Shown: in pieces, positions 9,303-19,106 of the stretch | How the letters are laid out: every line of letters begins with the position of its first letter | Position numbering within the stretch: position 1 is the first letter of the stretch | Notes under the pieces: model-generated | What the model saw: the letters and a program-made list of their open reading frames with translations, nothing else | Databases searched by the model: none | Told to the model about the DNA's origin: nothing | Position numbers and translations under genes: made by a program | Assembly (NCBI GenBank): GCA_051745305.1 | Contig: JBNJDY010000004.1 | Coordinates: 1-58,800, forward strand | DNA from: Thermoplasmatota archaeon | GTDB lineage: Archaea; Thermoplasmatota; Thermoplasmata; Halarchaeoplasmatales; Halarchaeoplasmataceae | DNA: 58,800 nt | Reading direction: 5' to 3'

Positions 9303-10934
9303 TTAGTCCTTCTTTTTGACTTTCGAAGGAACGATTTTTTCTAATTTTCCCTCTTCAATCAATTCAGTCAGGGTGTCTCTCAATTTGAATTTCTGGACCT
9401 TTCCCCTACCGGATACAGGCAAATCCATTCCTACCACTACATATCTTGGAACTTTGGCACTTGCTACTCTTCCATATAAGGAGTCAACCACATCTTGGGG
9501 TGATAGGTCTGAATCTTTGGTAGGTACAACTGCGGCAGCCACAACTTCACCAAGCTCCTCATCAGGTACACCGACTACGGCAACTTCTTTGATCTCTGGG
9601 TGTTCAATAAGATATTCCTCTATCTCCCGAGGATAAACGTTCAATCCACCGACGATAACCATATCCTTCTTTCTTCCGACTATCTTTACATAACCTCGTT
9701 CGTCCATCTCAGCAAGGTCACCACTATGCAGCCATCCCTTTTCGACAGTTTCATCCGTTGCTTCTGGTTTGTTATAATATCCCTCCATCACATTATAACC
9801 TTTCACTAGTAATTCTCCAGTTTCTCCAGGTTCTACTTCTTCACCCGAATCATCCACTATTTTTATTTCTTGGTCTGGCATGACCCTCCCAACTGTTTCT
9901 ACACGGTCTTCAATAGAATCATCGAACCGAGTCATCGTTACTCCAGGTGAGGCTTCCGTCAGCCCGTAAGTTATCGAGACATTGCAGCCTAGATCATTGA
10001 TGACTGATCTCATAGTTTCAACTGGGCAGCTCGAACCAGCCATTATACCTGTTCTAAGGCTGTCGGTATTATAATTCTCTTCCTTGGCAACTTCTAGTTC
10101 ACGTATGAACATTGTTGGTACACCGTGAATCATCGTTGCTTCTTCCGTTTCTACCAAATCCAACGCTTTATATGGATCGAAATCCACTAAGGGTATCATC
10201 GTTCCTCCAAATACCACCATCAATGTAATGCTCATTACGTTTCCGAAACAATGACTGAATGGAACAGGAATTACTAACTTATCATCTTCAGAAGTATGTA
10301 GTATTTCTCCCTGATCATGGGCATTTTTAACGATCTGGTAGTGAGTGAGTTGTACACCTTTTGGTTTTCCAGTAGTTCCAGATGTGTATAAGATGAAAGT
10401 TATATCGTCGTAATCTGTATTTTCTTTCCTTTCTAAATAATCCTCATTTTCTTCCCAATTTTTACCTTGTTCTAAAACATCATCGAAATTTAAAGTGGGT
10501 ATTTTGTCACTTTCTCCTTTCAACAATATAATTTGATCTAATTTAGGAAGTTCCGGTTTTACCTCTTCTAGTATATCTAAGAAATTGTACTTACCGTGTG
10601 TATCTGTAGTGATCACAGCTCTCGTATCCGAATCATCGAACATATACTGTATCTCACCACTCTTGTACCAAGGATCCGTTGGTACTACCACGGCACCAAT
10701 CTTAGGTACAGCAAACCATGCTATTACCCATTCAGGTAGATTAGGGAGCCATATCGATACTTTGTCTCCTCTACTTATTCCCTTTTTCATAAGAAAATGG
10801 GCTAATCTTTCAGCCTTTTCGTTCAATTCTTTATAGGTAATCCTCTGATCATTGAATATGATCGATTCTTTATCGGGATGTTCCTTTGCTTTTTCCTCTA
10901 ATAGTTTACCAATAGTGATTTTTGTTTCTTCCAT
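9303..10934 (-). CDS. AMP-dependent acyl-CoA synthetase
   Basis: YTSGTTGKPKG, YGLTE, SGDL, GRKKD and GKVQK motifs; likely start MEETK at 10934. Confidence 0.92.
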   Translation of the reverse strand: MEETKITIGKLLEEKAKEHPDKESIIFNDQRITYKELNEKAERLAHFLMKKGISRGDKVSIWLPNLPEWVIAWFAVPKIGAVVVPTDPWYKSGEIQYMFDDSDTRAVITTDTHGKYNFLDILEEVKPELPKLDQIILLKGESDKIPTLNFDDVLEQGKNWEENEDYLERKENTDYDDITFILYTSGTTGKPKGVQLTHYQIVKNAHDQGEILHTSEDDKLVIPVPFSHCFGNVMSITLMVVFGGTMIPLVDFDPYKALDLVETEEATMIHGVPTMFIRELEVAKEENYNTDSLRTGIMAGSSCPVETMRSVINDLGCNVSITYGLTEASPGVTMTRFDDSIEDRVETVGRVMPDQEIKIVDDSGEEVEPGETGELLVKGYNVMEGYYNKPEATDETVEKGWLHSGDLAEMDERGYVKIVGRKKDMVIVGGLNVYPREIEEYLIEHPEIKEVAVVGVPDEELGEVVAAAVVPTKDSDLSPQDVVDSLYGRVASAKVPRYVVVGMDLPVSGRGKVQKFKLRDTLTELIEEGKLEKIVPSKVKKKD

Positions 10935-11011
10935 ATTATTGACCCCGTTGATATTCGAAGGTGAATTTGTGAAATCAGTTATAAGCCTTACGATTAGCAC
11001 ATATATACTTC

Positions 11012-11773
11012 TTATTTGCCGCTGGATTTTCTACCTACAACGATATATCCTGTATGACCCAGCATATCAAAAGAAGGTCGAACTCCTCTGTCTTGAACAA
11101 CCATCTCACGTTCAAAGCTTTCGAAAGATTTTATATCTATATAGTTCTGCTTTCTCAATTCTTTAACAGTTTTTTCCATCTGATTTACCGAAGGTATATA
11201 ACCTGCAAAAAATCTACCATTCTTTAATACTTCATTAGCCATAGGGACAGCTTTCCATGGTTCTGGTATGTCAACTATAAATGCATCAATATCTCTTTCT
11301 TCAACATCTTTAGTAACATCACCTTTTACAATTTCACATCTATCATCTAATCCTAACTTTTTGATATTAGTTTTAGCTGTCTGAATGTGATCATCACGCA
11401 GTTCGTAAGTTATAATTTCTCCATCCTTACCCACGTACTTACCAAGTAGAGCAGTAAGCATTCCAGACCCTGCGCCTCCTTCGACGACTTTACTACCGCA
11501 GAAGATGTCACAATAAAGGGCTATCTGGATACCAATCCTAGGTAAAATAATTTGAGCATCTCTTTTCAAAAAATATTCCGCATCTTTGATAGCCGGTTGT
11601 AATAACCTATATTCATCTCTTCCTAACTGGATTATGCTCCCCCATTCTTCATCTATCATCCTATGTGTATCTACCACGCCGATACCGGAGACTTTCTTTG
11701 TTTCTCCATCGACCTCAACTAAAGTCATCCAGTTTTTCTTCCAAAGTATTACATTTTCACCTTTCTGAATCAT
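11012..11773 (-). CDS. trmI: tRNA (adenine-57/58-N1)-methyltransferase
   Basis: RDAQII-P, EGGAGSG, DIPEPW, RP-FDMLGHTGY motifs. Confidence 0.92.
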   Translation of the reverse strand: MIQKGENVILWKKNWMTLVEVDGETKKVSGIGVVDTHRMIDEEWGSIIQLGRDEYRLLQPAIKDAEYFLKRDAQIILPRIGIQIALYCDIFCGSKVVEGGAGSGMLTALLGKYVGKDGEIITYELRDDHIQTAKTNIKKLGLDDRCEIVKGDVTKDVEERDIDAFIVDIPEPWKAVPMANEVLKNGRFFAGYIPSVNQMEKTVKELRKQNYIDIKSFESFEREMVVQDRGVRPSFDMLGHTGYIVVGRKSSGK

Positions 11774-11801
11774 GATATCCGGTAGATATTCCTTGTTAAT
11801 A

Positions 11802-12317
11802 TTATAGTTTCTTTTCCAGTTTCTTTAAACGATTGATAACACTTTCATATTGGTCCATAAGGTCCATCAGGTTATTGGAATCATTTAGATTAAAGAATTT
11901 TTCTTCTATCAATTCCTCTAATCTCTGTTTTACGTGTTCTTTGTTTTCCCTGTCAGGTTTTTCTTTCCATTCATCTAGCTTTTTGTCTAAAATCTTGTCT
12001 CTTTCCTCCTTGGAAAGTTCAGTTACTTCATCCAAGTTGTTAAAACCCAATTCTCTAGCCTCGTTTTCCAATCTGAAACATTGTGATTGAGAAACGGGCT
12101 CTCCGTTCAAAATATAATCCCCTTTTTCTTTTTTCAGATCTATATCCCTGTATGATTTGATTTTCTCTCTAGGATCGTCAGAGACTGTCTTGCTGTAATC
12201 TTTCTTCAATCGTTTGACTATACTTTCTTCGAGGTTCTCTTTAGCATTTAGTTTCAGATATCGTTCAATCGTTTCTAATCTTCCTTTAATATCGTTCAAT
12301 TCGTCTTCTACTTTCAT
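11802..12317 (-). CDS. Hypothetical charged/coiled-coil protein
   Basis: 171-aa ORF with host-like composition; no recognisable motif. Confidence 0.6.
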   Translation of the reverse strand: MKVEDELNDIKGRLETIERYLKLNAKENLEESIVKRLKKDYSKTVSDDPREKIKSYRDIDLKKEKGDYILNGEPVSQSQCFRLENEARELGFNNLDEVTELSKEERDKILDKKLDEWKEKPDRENKEHVKQRLEELIEEKFFNLNDSNNLMDLMDQYESVINRLKKLEKKL

Positions 12318-12411
12318 TGTTTCATTAAACGATATGTTACTATGCTTTTATAGTTTTTTAACAAAACAATAATCGAAAATGGTTTATTCTATGATATTGA
12401 TTTAACATTCG

Positions 12412-13377
12412 ATGTCTATACCTAAAATAGTTGATGAGTTCAGAAGTTATTTTTACGATATAGTGAAGCAGATACCTGAAGGAAGAGTTACTACATACGG
12501 AGTTTTAGCAGAAGCTTTAGGGGATAAGATAGCTTCTCGGGCAGTAGGTAAGATGTTGAATGAGAATCCAACTCCTATCATAGTACCTTGTCATAGAGTT
12601 GTTATGTCCACAGGGAAGATAGGAGGGTTTGGAATGGGTGTAGAAAAGAAAAAAGAATTGTTGAAGGATGAAGGAATAATTGTTAAGGAAGGTCGAATTA
12701 AAAGCTTTGATAAAATGTTGTTCACTGATTTTGAAGCAAAACCAGTATTGAAAGAGCTTAGAGAGGAACAAAATAAAGCTAAAGAGAAGATCGAAATCGT
12801 TGATCAAGTAGAAAATCCAGAAATAGTAGGTGGTGTAGATGTCTCGTATGGTGAAAAAAAGGCATATGGGTCTCTTTCTATTTGGAATGAAAGAGATGAG
12901 ATCGATAATGTTATTGTAGATGCGGAGATCTCTTTTCCATATATACCCACATATTTGGCATATAGAGAACTACCTGTACTAAAAAAGTTGATCGAAACCT
13001 CAGATATAACGCCAGATGCTGTACTGGTTGATGGTAATGGTGTGCTTCATCCTAGAGGTCTCGGTCTAGCTTCCCATTTAGGTGTTGAAATGGATATATC
13101 AACGATAGGTGTGGCAAAAAGCCAATTGACCGGTAAAGTGAATGGTAGTGTTTCTCATGGGTATCCAGTTAAGAAAATCATGGATAAAAGAAAGATGGTA
13201 GGCTATGCTTATTTAAGCAGTTCTAGAGCGAAAAATCCCATATATATTTCACCGGGTAATAAGGTATCCTTTGAAACCTCGTTGGACGTTGTAAGAAACC
13301 ATTGCGATTACAAGATCCCAAATCCTATTCGAAATGCCCATATTTCAGCCAACAAAAGGAGGAAGATGAATGAATAA
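12412..13377 (+). CDS. nfi: O6-alkylguanine-DNA alkyltransferase / endonuclease V fusion (AGTendoV)
   Basis: N-terminal IPEGRVTTYG..RAVG..NP..PCHRV; C-terminal GVDVSY, FPYIPTYLAYRE, DGNGVLHPR, IGVAKS. Confidence 0.93.
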   Translation: MSIPKIVDEFRSYFYDIVKQIPEGRVTTYGVLAEALGDKIASRAVGKMLNENPTPIIVPCHRVVMSTGKIGGFGMGVEKKKELLKDEGIIVKEGRIKSFDKMLFTDFEAKPVLKELREEQNKAKEKIEIVDQVENPEIVGGVDVSYGEKKAYGSLSIWNERDEIDNVIVDAEISFPYIPTYLAYRELPVLKKLIETSDITPDAVLVDGNGVLHPRGLGLASHLGVEMDISTIGVAKSQLTGKVNGSVSHGYPVKKIMDKRKMVGYAYLSSSRAKNPIYISPGNKVSFETSLDVVRNHCDYKIPNPIRNAHISANKRRKMNE

Positions 13378-14407
13378 AGCACCCCTGTTCTATCATAAAG
13401 ATTATGGTAACTATTATTTCGGAGATTTTCATCCGTTCAATCCAGATCGTTTTCCAACATTTATATCTATGATCAAAGAGAATGAAACAATTAAAAATGC
13501 TCTTAATATAATTGAGTCGCCTAGAGCAGAGAACGAAGATCTCTGTCTGATTCATCCAATTCAATATATAGAAAAGGTGGAAAAATTGGCTAAGCGGGGT
13601 GGAAGAGTATCACCTGACACACCTATAACAGAGTATGCTCCTGAAGCCGCTAGAAGAATAGTAGGTGGGACGTTGCAGGCTGCCAAATTGAGTGAAGAGT
13701 ATAAGACGTTAATCAACTTCGGTGGTCTCCATCATGCTGGAAGAGAGAAAGGAGAAGGCTTTTGTTTGTTCAATGACGTAGCTGTAGCTGCCCAGTATCT
13801 TGTGAATGAAGGTAAAAAAGTGTGCGTTTTAGACACTGATGCACATCAGGGAAATGGCACAATGGATATATTTTATGATACCCCAGATGTATTATTCATA
13901 TCTATACATCAGGACCCAAGGACCCTTTATCCAGGTAGGGGTAATATAGAAGAAATTGGACATGGTTCTGGAGAAGGTTTTATAGTTAATATTCCATTAC
14001 CTAGGGATTCCAACATAGCAGAGTATCATTATAGTTTCCAAGAAGTTATATTTCCAATAATAAAAGAGTATAATCCGGATATAATTATTCGAAATGGTGG
14101 ATCAGACCCACATCATTCAGATTCCCTTACGGATTTAGCTTTAGATATGAGAGGGTTGGAGTTTCTTGGCAGAAGTGCGGCAGATATCGCTCGTAAAGTA
14201 AATGCATCTCATATAGATCTTATGTTATCTGGTTATGGTAGAAGGGTTTTAGAAGGATGGATATCTATTTTAAAAGGAGTATTGGATCTTGACATAGATA
14301 CGCCTTCTGATCAGAAAATAGGTGAACCTGGACAGGAACCTAAAAATACTCTTGTCACAACCATAAGTGATTTAAAAGAGATATTACAACCTTGGTGGAA
14401 TTTTTGA
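13370..14407 (+). CDS. Histone deacetylase family (AcuC-like) deacetylase
   Basis: HP, GGLHHA, GFC-FND, DTDAHQGNG, SIHQDP and GSD motifs. Confidence 0.92.
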   Translation: MNKAPLFYHKDYGNYYFGDFHPFNPDRFPTFISMIKENETIKNALNIIESPRAENEDLCLIHPIQYIEKVEKLAKRGGRVSPDTPITEYAPEAARRIVGGTLQAAKLSEEYKTLINFGGLHHAGREKGEGFCLFNDVAVAAQYLVNEGKKVCVLDTDAHQGNGTMDIFYDTPDVLFISIHQDPRTLYPGRGNIEEIGHGSGEGFIVNIPLPRDSNIAEYHYSFQEVIFPIIKEYNPDIIIRNGGSDPHHSDSLTDLALDMRGLEFLGRSAADIARKVNASHIDLMLSGYGRRVLEGWISILKGVLDLDIDTPSDQKIGEPGQEPKNTLVTTISDLKEILQPWWNF

Positions 14408-14429
14408 GCATATCCGGTATACCGTTAGG

Positions 14430-14437
14430 TTTAAATA
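14430..14437 (+). promoter_or_regulatory. TATA box for the ribosomal superoperon
   Basis: TTTAAATA about 190 nt upstream of the rpl3 ATG, directly before the structured leader. Confidence 0.6.
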
Positions 14438-14450
14438 ACAGACCCTTGTA

Positions 14451-14600
14451 ATGGGTTGTTGTATTCAGCCTTTGACCAGACGTGATGGGCAATCCTATAG
14501 GGATCCCACACAAAGCACGTCACGGTCAATGGACATGAGCAGGAAGGTTAATTTATCCTTCTAGCTTGAACGTACAATATTTGTGCGTTTCGCAACTCAT
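14451..14600 (+). promoter_or_regulatory. Structured 5' leader of rpl3 operon (candidate r-leader)
   Basis: Nested stems TTGACC/GGTCAA, GACGTG/CACGTC, TGGG/CCCA, GGAAGG/CCTTCT, TTGTA-TTCA/TGAA-TACAA. Confidence 0.6.
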
Positions 14601-14619
14601 ATTAGATTGAGGTGTACCT

Positions 14620-15618
14620 ATGGTAGACACACATCATCCACGTAGAGGTTCTATGGGGTATTCCCCCAGAAAAAGAGCACCCAGCATGACGCCCAAGATC
14701 CGTTCTTGGCCGGAAACAGATGGAACTACGAAAGTACAGGGTTTTCCTGGCTATAAAGCAGGGATGACACATGCCTTTGTAGTTGATTATAGACCGACTA
14801 GTACTACATCTGGCCAGGAAGTCAGAGTGCCAGTTACTGTTATAGAAGTACCGCCCATTACGGTTTGCGGTTTAAGATTCTATGAGGAAACTCACGAGGG
14901 CTTAAAAACGATGGGAGAAGTTTGGGCAAAAAAAGTAGATAAGTCACTGAAAAAGAAATTACCTATCCCTAACAGTTATGATACTGAAAAGATGTGGGGG
15001 AAGATAGATGAAGATAAGGTAGATGAGGTAAGGATTATAGCCCACACACACCCCGAGAAAGTTTCAGGTCTTCCAAAAAAGAAACCTGAGATAATGGAAT
15101 TAAGGATCGGAGGGGGGACTATACAAGAGAGGATCGATATAGGCAGGGAGAAACTTGGAAAAGACATTGAGTTCTCCGAATTTGGTAGTTCTGGAGACAT
15201 GGTGGATGTTACAGCTATAACCAAAGGTAAAGGTTTCCAAGGTCACATAAAAAGATGGGGTGTCAAATTATTATCTCATAAAAATAGTAAATCTAAAAGA
15301 AATATAGGGACTACGGGTGTTTTCATCCCTGGATATATTCGTCCTACTGTACCACAAGCGGGACAGATGGGATATCATCAGAGGACCGAATTAAATAAAA
15401 GAGTTTTAAAGATGGGTGAAGACGGGTCAGAGATCACTCCAAGTGGAGGATTTTTGAAGTACGGGGATGTTAAAAATCCATATGTATTATTGCACGGTAC
15501 CATACCTGGACCAGCTAAAAGGTTGGTTATAATGAGAGATCAGGTACGGAAGACAGGTGTGCAAGTCGAGGAACCAAATCTCACTTACATCTCTACAGAG
15601 AGTAAACAGGGGGTCTAA
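14620..15618 (+). CDS. rpl3: 50S ribosomal protein uL3
   Basis: PRRGS-GYSPRKRA, GYKAGMTH, TKGKGFQG, GQMGYHQRTE. Confidence 0.98.
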   Translation: MVDTHHPRRGSMGYSPRKRAPSMTPKIRSWPETDGTTKVQGFPGYKAGMTHAFVVDYRPTSTTSGQEVRVPVTVIEVPPITVCGLRFYEETHEGLKTMGEVWAKKVDKSLKKKLPIPNSYDTEKMWGKIDEDKVDEVRIIAHTHPEKVSGLPKKKPEIMELRIGGGTIQERIDIGREKLGKDIEFSEFGSSGDMVDVTAITKGKGFQGHIKRWGVKLLSHKNSKSKRNIGTTGVFIPGYIRPTVPQAGQMGYHQRTELNKRVLKMGEDGSEITPSGGFLKYGDVKNPYVLLHGTIPGPAKRLVIMRDQVRKTGVQVEEPNLTYISTESKQGV

Positions 15619-15622
15619 TTAA

Positions 15623-16390
15623 ATGAAAGCTAAAATTTATGATATTGATGGAAACAAAAAAAGTGATTTAGATCTCCCTATTATTTTTGATGAGGAAATT
15701 AGACCTGACATCATTAAAAGGGCGGTCGAAGCAGAACAAGCTAATAGAAGACAGCCTTATGGTCCCGCTAAAAGGGCTGGGATGAGGCATGCTACAGAAT
15801 CAGTAGGTAAAGGTCAGGGTATTTCCAGGGTACAGCGTTATACACAACTCGGAAATAGAGCAACGGAATCTCCGCCAAATGTTGGTGGTAGAAGGGCACA
15901 CCCACCTAAGCCGGAAAAAGACTTGGGTAAGAAGGTTAATAAAAAAGAAAAAGCCAAAGCAAGGAGATCAGCCCTAGCTGCAACAACTAACAAAAGTTTG
16001 GTGGTTGGTAGGGGCCATAGATTTGATAATGAATCTATAGATTTTCCAATCGTCGTAGAGGATGATATCGAGGATATAGAAAAAACTAGTGAGGCGATTA
16101 AATTTTTAAAGAAACTCGGTGTTTATTCAGATATAGAAAGAGCAAAAAACGGTAAAAAAGTAAGGCCCGGTAAAGGGAAAATTAGAGGACGTAAATATAA
16201 GAAACCTGTTAGTTTACTCGTAGCCCTTTCTAATGATTGTAATGGTAAAGATGCTTTTTCGAATTTAGCCGGTATCTCTGTGAAAAGTCCAGAGGAGATC
16301 ACTGTTGAAGATTTAGCCCCTGGTGGCGAGATGGGTAGGTTAACGATATTTAGTAAAAAAGTAATAGACCAAATGGAGGATTGGTATTGA
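15623..16390 (+). CDS. rpl4: 50S ribosomal protein uL4
   Basis: RPDIIKRAV, GGRRAHPP, LAPGG--GRLT. Confidence 0.97.
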   Translation: MKAKIYDIDGNKKSDLDLPIIFDEEIRPDIIKRAVEAEQANRRQPYGPAKRAGMRHATESVGKGQGISRVQRYTQLGNRATESPPNVGGRRAHPPKPEKDLGKKVNKKEKAKARRSALAATTNKSLVVGRGHRFDNESIDFPIVVEDDIEDIEKTSEAIKFLKKLGVYSDIERAKNGKKVRPGKGKIRGRKYKKPVSLLVALSNDCNGKDAFSNLAGISVKSPEEITVEDLAPGGEMGRLTIFSKKVIDQMEDWY

Positions 16391-16659
16391 TGGTTGAATT
16401 TGATACTCCTCATAAAGTAGTTCTCTATCCGTATGTAACTGAAAAGACAATGGTTAAGATGGAAAAAGAGAACAAACTTGAATTCATAGTCGCATTAAAA
16501 TCTAATAAGCAACAGATAAAAGAAGCAATTGGTGAACTTTTTGAAGCAGAAGTAGAAAAGGTTAATACTAGAATAGATCAACACGGTAAAAGAGCTACCG
16601 TTAAGTTTACAGATGAATATTCAGCAGAAGAGATTGGTATGAGGATAGGTGTATTCTGA
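16390..16659 (+). CDS. rpl23: 50S ribosomal protein uL23
   Basis: P-VTEK, NKL-F-V, KVNT; ATG overlaps the rpl4 stop. Confidence 0.96.
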   Translation: MVEFDTPHKVVLYPYVTEKTMVKMEKENKLEFIVALKSNKQQIKEAIGELFEAEVEKVNTRIDQHGKRATVKFTDEYSAEEIGMRIGVF

Positions 16660-16669
16660 GGTGTTTTAG

Positions 16670-17404
16670 ATGGGAAAAAGGATAATTCCACAAAGAAGAG
16701 GAAAGGGCTCACCGACTTATCGTTCACCTAGTCACAGGCATTTAGCTAAACCTGGCTATCCTAAAATGGAAGAAACGAAAGGTGAAGTTATTGAGTTACA
16801 TCATGCCCCTGGTAGAACTGCCCCATTAGCAGAAGTTGAATTTGATAATGGTGAAACGGCTTTTATGCTTGCTAATCATGGCTTAAGAGTTGGGGGAACT
16901 ATCGAGGTAGGCACGGATGCTAAAATTAAGAAAGGAAATGTTTTACCTTTAGGTAAGATACCAGTCGGTATGTTTGTATATAATATCGAGTTGGAGCCTT
17001 TAGATGGTGGAAAACTTGTTAAAGCTGCTGGAGAAAATGCGGTCATAATCTCCCAAGGTAAGAAATTTACAACTTTACGTTTACCTTCCGGTTCGTTTAA
17101 GAATGTTGATAGAAGATGTAGGGCTACTGTTGGTATCACTGCAGGTGGCGGACATAAAGATAAGCCATTCGCCAAAGCAGGCAAAAGATTTAACGCTTAC
17201 AAAAGTAAAGCAAAAAGACCTCGAAAGGTCCGTGGTATTGCGATGAATGCTGTAAATCATCCACACGGTGGAGGAGATCACCAGCATGTAGGTGTTGGAT
17301 CAACAGTGTCAGCTAATGCACCACCTGGTAGAAAGGTGGGTAGACTCTCTTCTAAGAAGAAGAAAAAAAAGAAAAAGAAAGAGGCTAAACAAAGGAGGAA
17401 GTAA
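16670..17404 (+). CDS. rpl2: 50S ribosomal protein uL2
   Basis: MGKRI--QRRG, PGRTAP, AMNAVNHPHGGG, APPGRKVG; poly-Lys tail. Confidence 0.98.
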   Translation: MGKRIIPQRRGKGSPTYRSPSHRHLAKPGYPKMEETKGEVIELHHAPGRTAPLAEVEFDNGETAFMLANHGLRVGGTIEVGTDAKIKKGNVLPLGKIPVGMFVYNIELEPLDGGKLVKAAGENAVIISQGKKFTTLRLPSGSFKNVDRRCRATVGITAGGGHKDKPFAKAGKRFNAYKSKAKRPRKVRGIAMNAVNHPHGGGDHQHVGVGSTVSANAPPGRKVGRLSSKKKKKKKKKEAKQRRK

Positions 17405-17406
17405 TC

Positions 17407-17817
17407 ATGGCTAAGAAGAAATTATCAACTAGAAAGAAGAAAGAGTTCACCTATAGAGGCCGCACTATTGATGAACTCAAATCGATGTCACTTTCAGAAT
17501 TAAAACAGATACTTCCTGCAAGGGCAAGAAGGTCTTTAGAAAGAGGTTTGAATGAAGAAGAAAAAAGGTTTTTGGACAATATTCAAAACAAAGAAAAAGA
17601 TGTTTATCGAACTCATAGGAGAGAGATGATCATAATGCCACAATTTGTAGGGAAAACGATTGCAGTTTATAACGGTCAGGAATTTAAAGAAGTTAGGATA
17701 GAACCTGAAATGATAGGTCATTATCTTGGAGAATTTGCTATGACAAGAGGAAAAGTAGAACATTCTGGTCCTGGTGTTGGAGCTACCAGATCTTCAAAAT
17801 ATATTCCATTAAAGTGA
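17407..17817 (+). CDS. rps19: 30S ribosomal protein uS19
   Basis: RTH-R-M, EMIGHYLGEF, GATRSS. Confidence 0.97.
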   Translation: MAKKKLSTRKKKEFTYRGRTIDELKSMSLSELKQILPARARRSLERGLNEEEKRFLDNIQNKEKDVYRTHRREMIIMPQFVGKTIAVYNGQEFKEVRIEPEMIGHYLGEFAMTRGKVEHSGPGVGATRSSKYIPLK

Positions 17818-17829
17818 GGTGTTTAAAGA

Positions 17830-18276
17830 ATGGGATATACAATGGACCCGGACCCAGAAACCACGGCAAAAGCTTATGGGAAAAATTTGCAGATATCTCC
17901 GAAAAAATCTGTAGAAGTTTGCAGGTTTGTAAGGGGTAAAGATGTGGATGTAGCGATAGATATGTTAGAGGAAGTTATCGAAGGGAAAAGAGCTGTACCC
18001 TATAGGAAACACAAGAAACAGATAGCCCACCAAAAAGGTGTCGGCCCTGGTGGTTATCCAAAAAAAGTAGCTACTAAAATCAGAGATATGTTAGAAGAAG
18101 CCAAATCAAATGCTGAAAGCAAAGGTTTGGATGCTGATGATATGCAAATACTTACTATATCAGCTCATCAAGGAGAAGTAATTAAAGGGTACCAACCGAG
18201 AGCTTTTGGAAGAAGTTCACCATCAGACCGAAAAACATCAAATATTGAAGTTATATTGAAAGAAAAGGGGGTATGA
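17830..18276 (+). CDS. rpl22: 50S ribosomal protein uL22
   Basis: ISPKKSVEVC, G-YPKK, PRAFGR. Confidence 0.97.
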   Translation: MGYTMDPDPETTAKAYGKNLQISPKKSVEVCRFVRGKDVDVAIDMLEEVIEGKRAVPYRKHKKQIAHQKGVGPGGYPKKVATKIRDMLEEAKSNAESKGLDADDMQILTISAHQGEVIKGYQPRAFGRSSPSDRKTSNIEVILKEKGV

Positions 18277-19106
18277 ACTTGGCAAGGGAGAAAAAATTCA
18301 TACAGGAAAAAATGGATAGAGTACTGCTAAAAGAGTTTTTGAAAGAAAGGACTGAAAGAGCCGGATTTGGCGGCTGTGATGTTTCAAGGACTCCCATGGG
18401 TACAAGGATTACACTTCATATTGAAAGACCATCATTGGTTATAGGTAGAAAAGGTCGAACTATAAGAAAACTCACAAGTGATGTTAAAGAAAAATTCAAA
18501 TTTGATAACCCTCAGATAGAGGTTCAGGAAGTAACCGTTCCTGAACTAAATCCCCAAATAATGGCAGAAAAGCTCGCCCAATCGTTAGAGAGGGGATGGC
18601 ATTTCAGAAGAGCAGGCCATTCAACTGTTAGAAGAATCATGGATGCAGGTGCAAGGGGATGTCAGATCATACTTTCGGGTAAGATTACAGGTCCACGACA
18701 CAGAGTTGAAAAGTTTAAGGATGGACATATAAAGTATTGTGGTGAGGAAAAAAATAAATGGATGCACGAGGGCTATTCTGGCGCTAAAGTTAAATTAGGT
18801 ATGATAGGTGTCACTGTTCAAATAATGGATCCAAATGCAAAGTTACCTGACGAAATTGAGATCATACCTCCGAAACGTGAAGAACCTGAAGAAGTTTCAA
18901 AGAAAGAATCAGAAGAGGTTCCCGAAGAGGAAGAAAAGGCTTCTAATGATGATAAAGAAGAGAAAGAAGTCGTAGAGGAATCTGGGGATGAAGACGAATC
19001 CAAGGATAAAGGAACCAAAGATGTTCAAGAAGATGTCGAAGAAATGGAGATCGAAGAGTCTGAGGATGAAGAATCAGAAGATGAAAAATCGGAGGATGAT
19101 GAATAA
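18273..19106 (+). CDS. rps3: 30S ribosomal protein uS3 with acidic C-terminal tail
   Basis: KH domain IGRKG, LERGWHFRRA, GARG; about 75-aa D/E-rich tail. Confidence 0.97.
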   Translation: MNLAREKKFIQEKMDRVLLKEFLKERTERAGFGGCDVSRTPMGTRITLHIERPSLVIGRKGRTIRKLTSDVKEKFKFDNPQIEVQEVTVPELNPQIMAEKLAQSLERGWHFRRAGHSTVRRIMDAGARGCQIILSGKITGPRHRVEKFKDGHIKYCGEEKNKWMHEGYSGAKVKLGMIGVTVQIMDPNAKLPDEIEIIPPKREEPEEVSKKESEEVPEEEEKASNDDKEEKEVVEESGDEDESKDKGTKDVQEDVEEMEIEESEDEESEDEKSEDDE

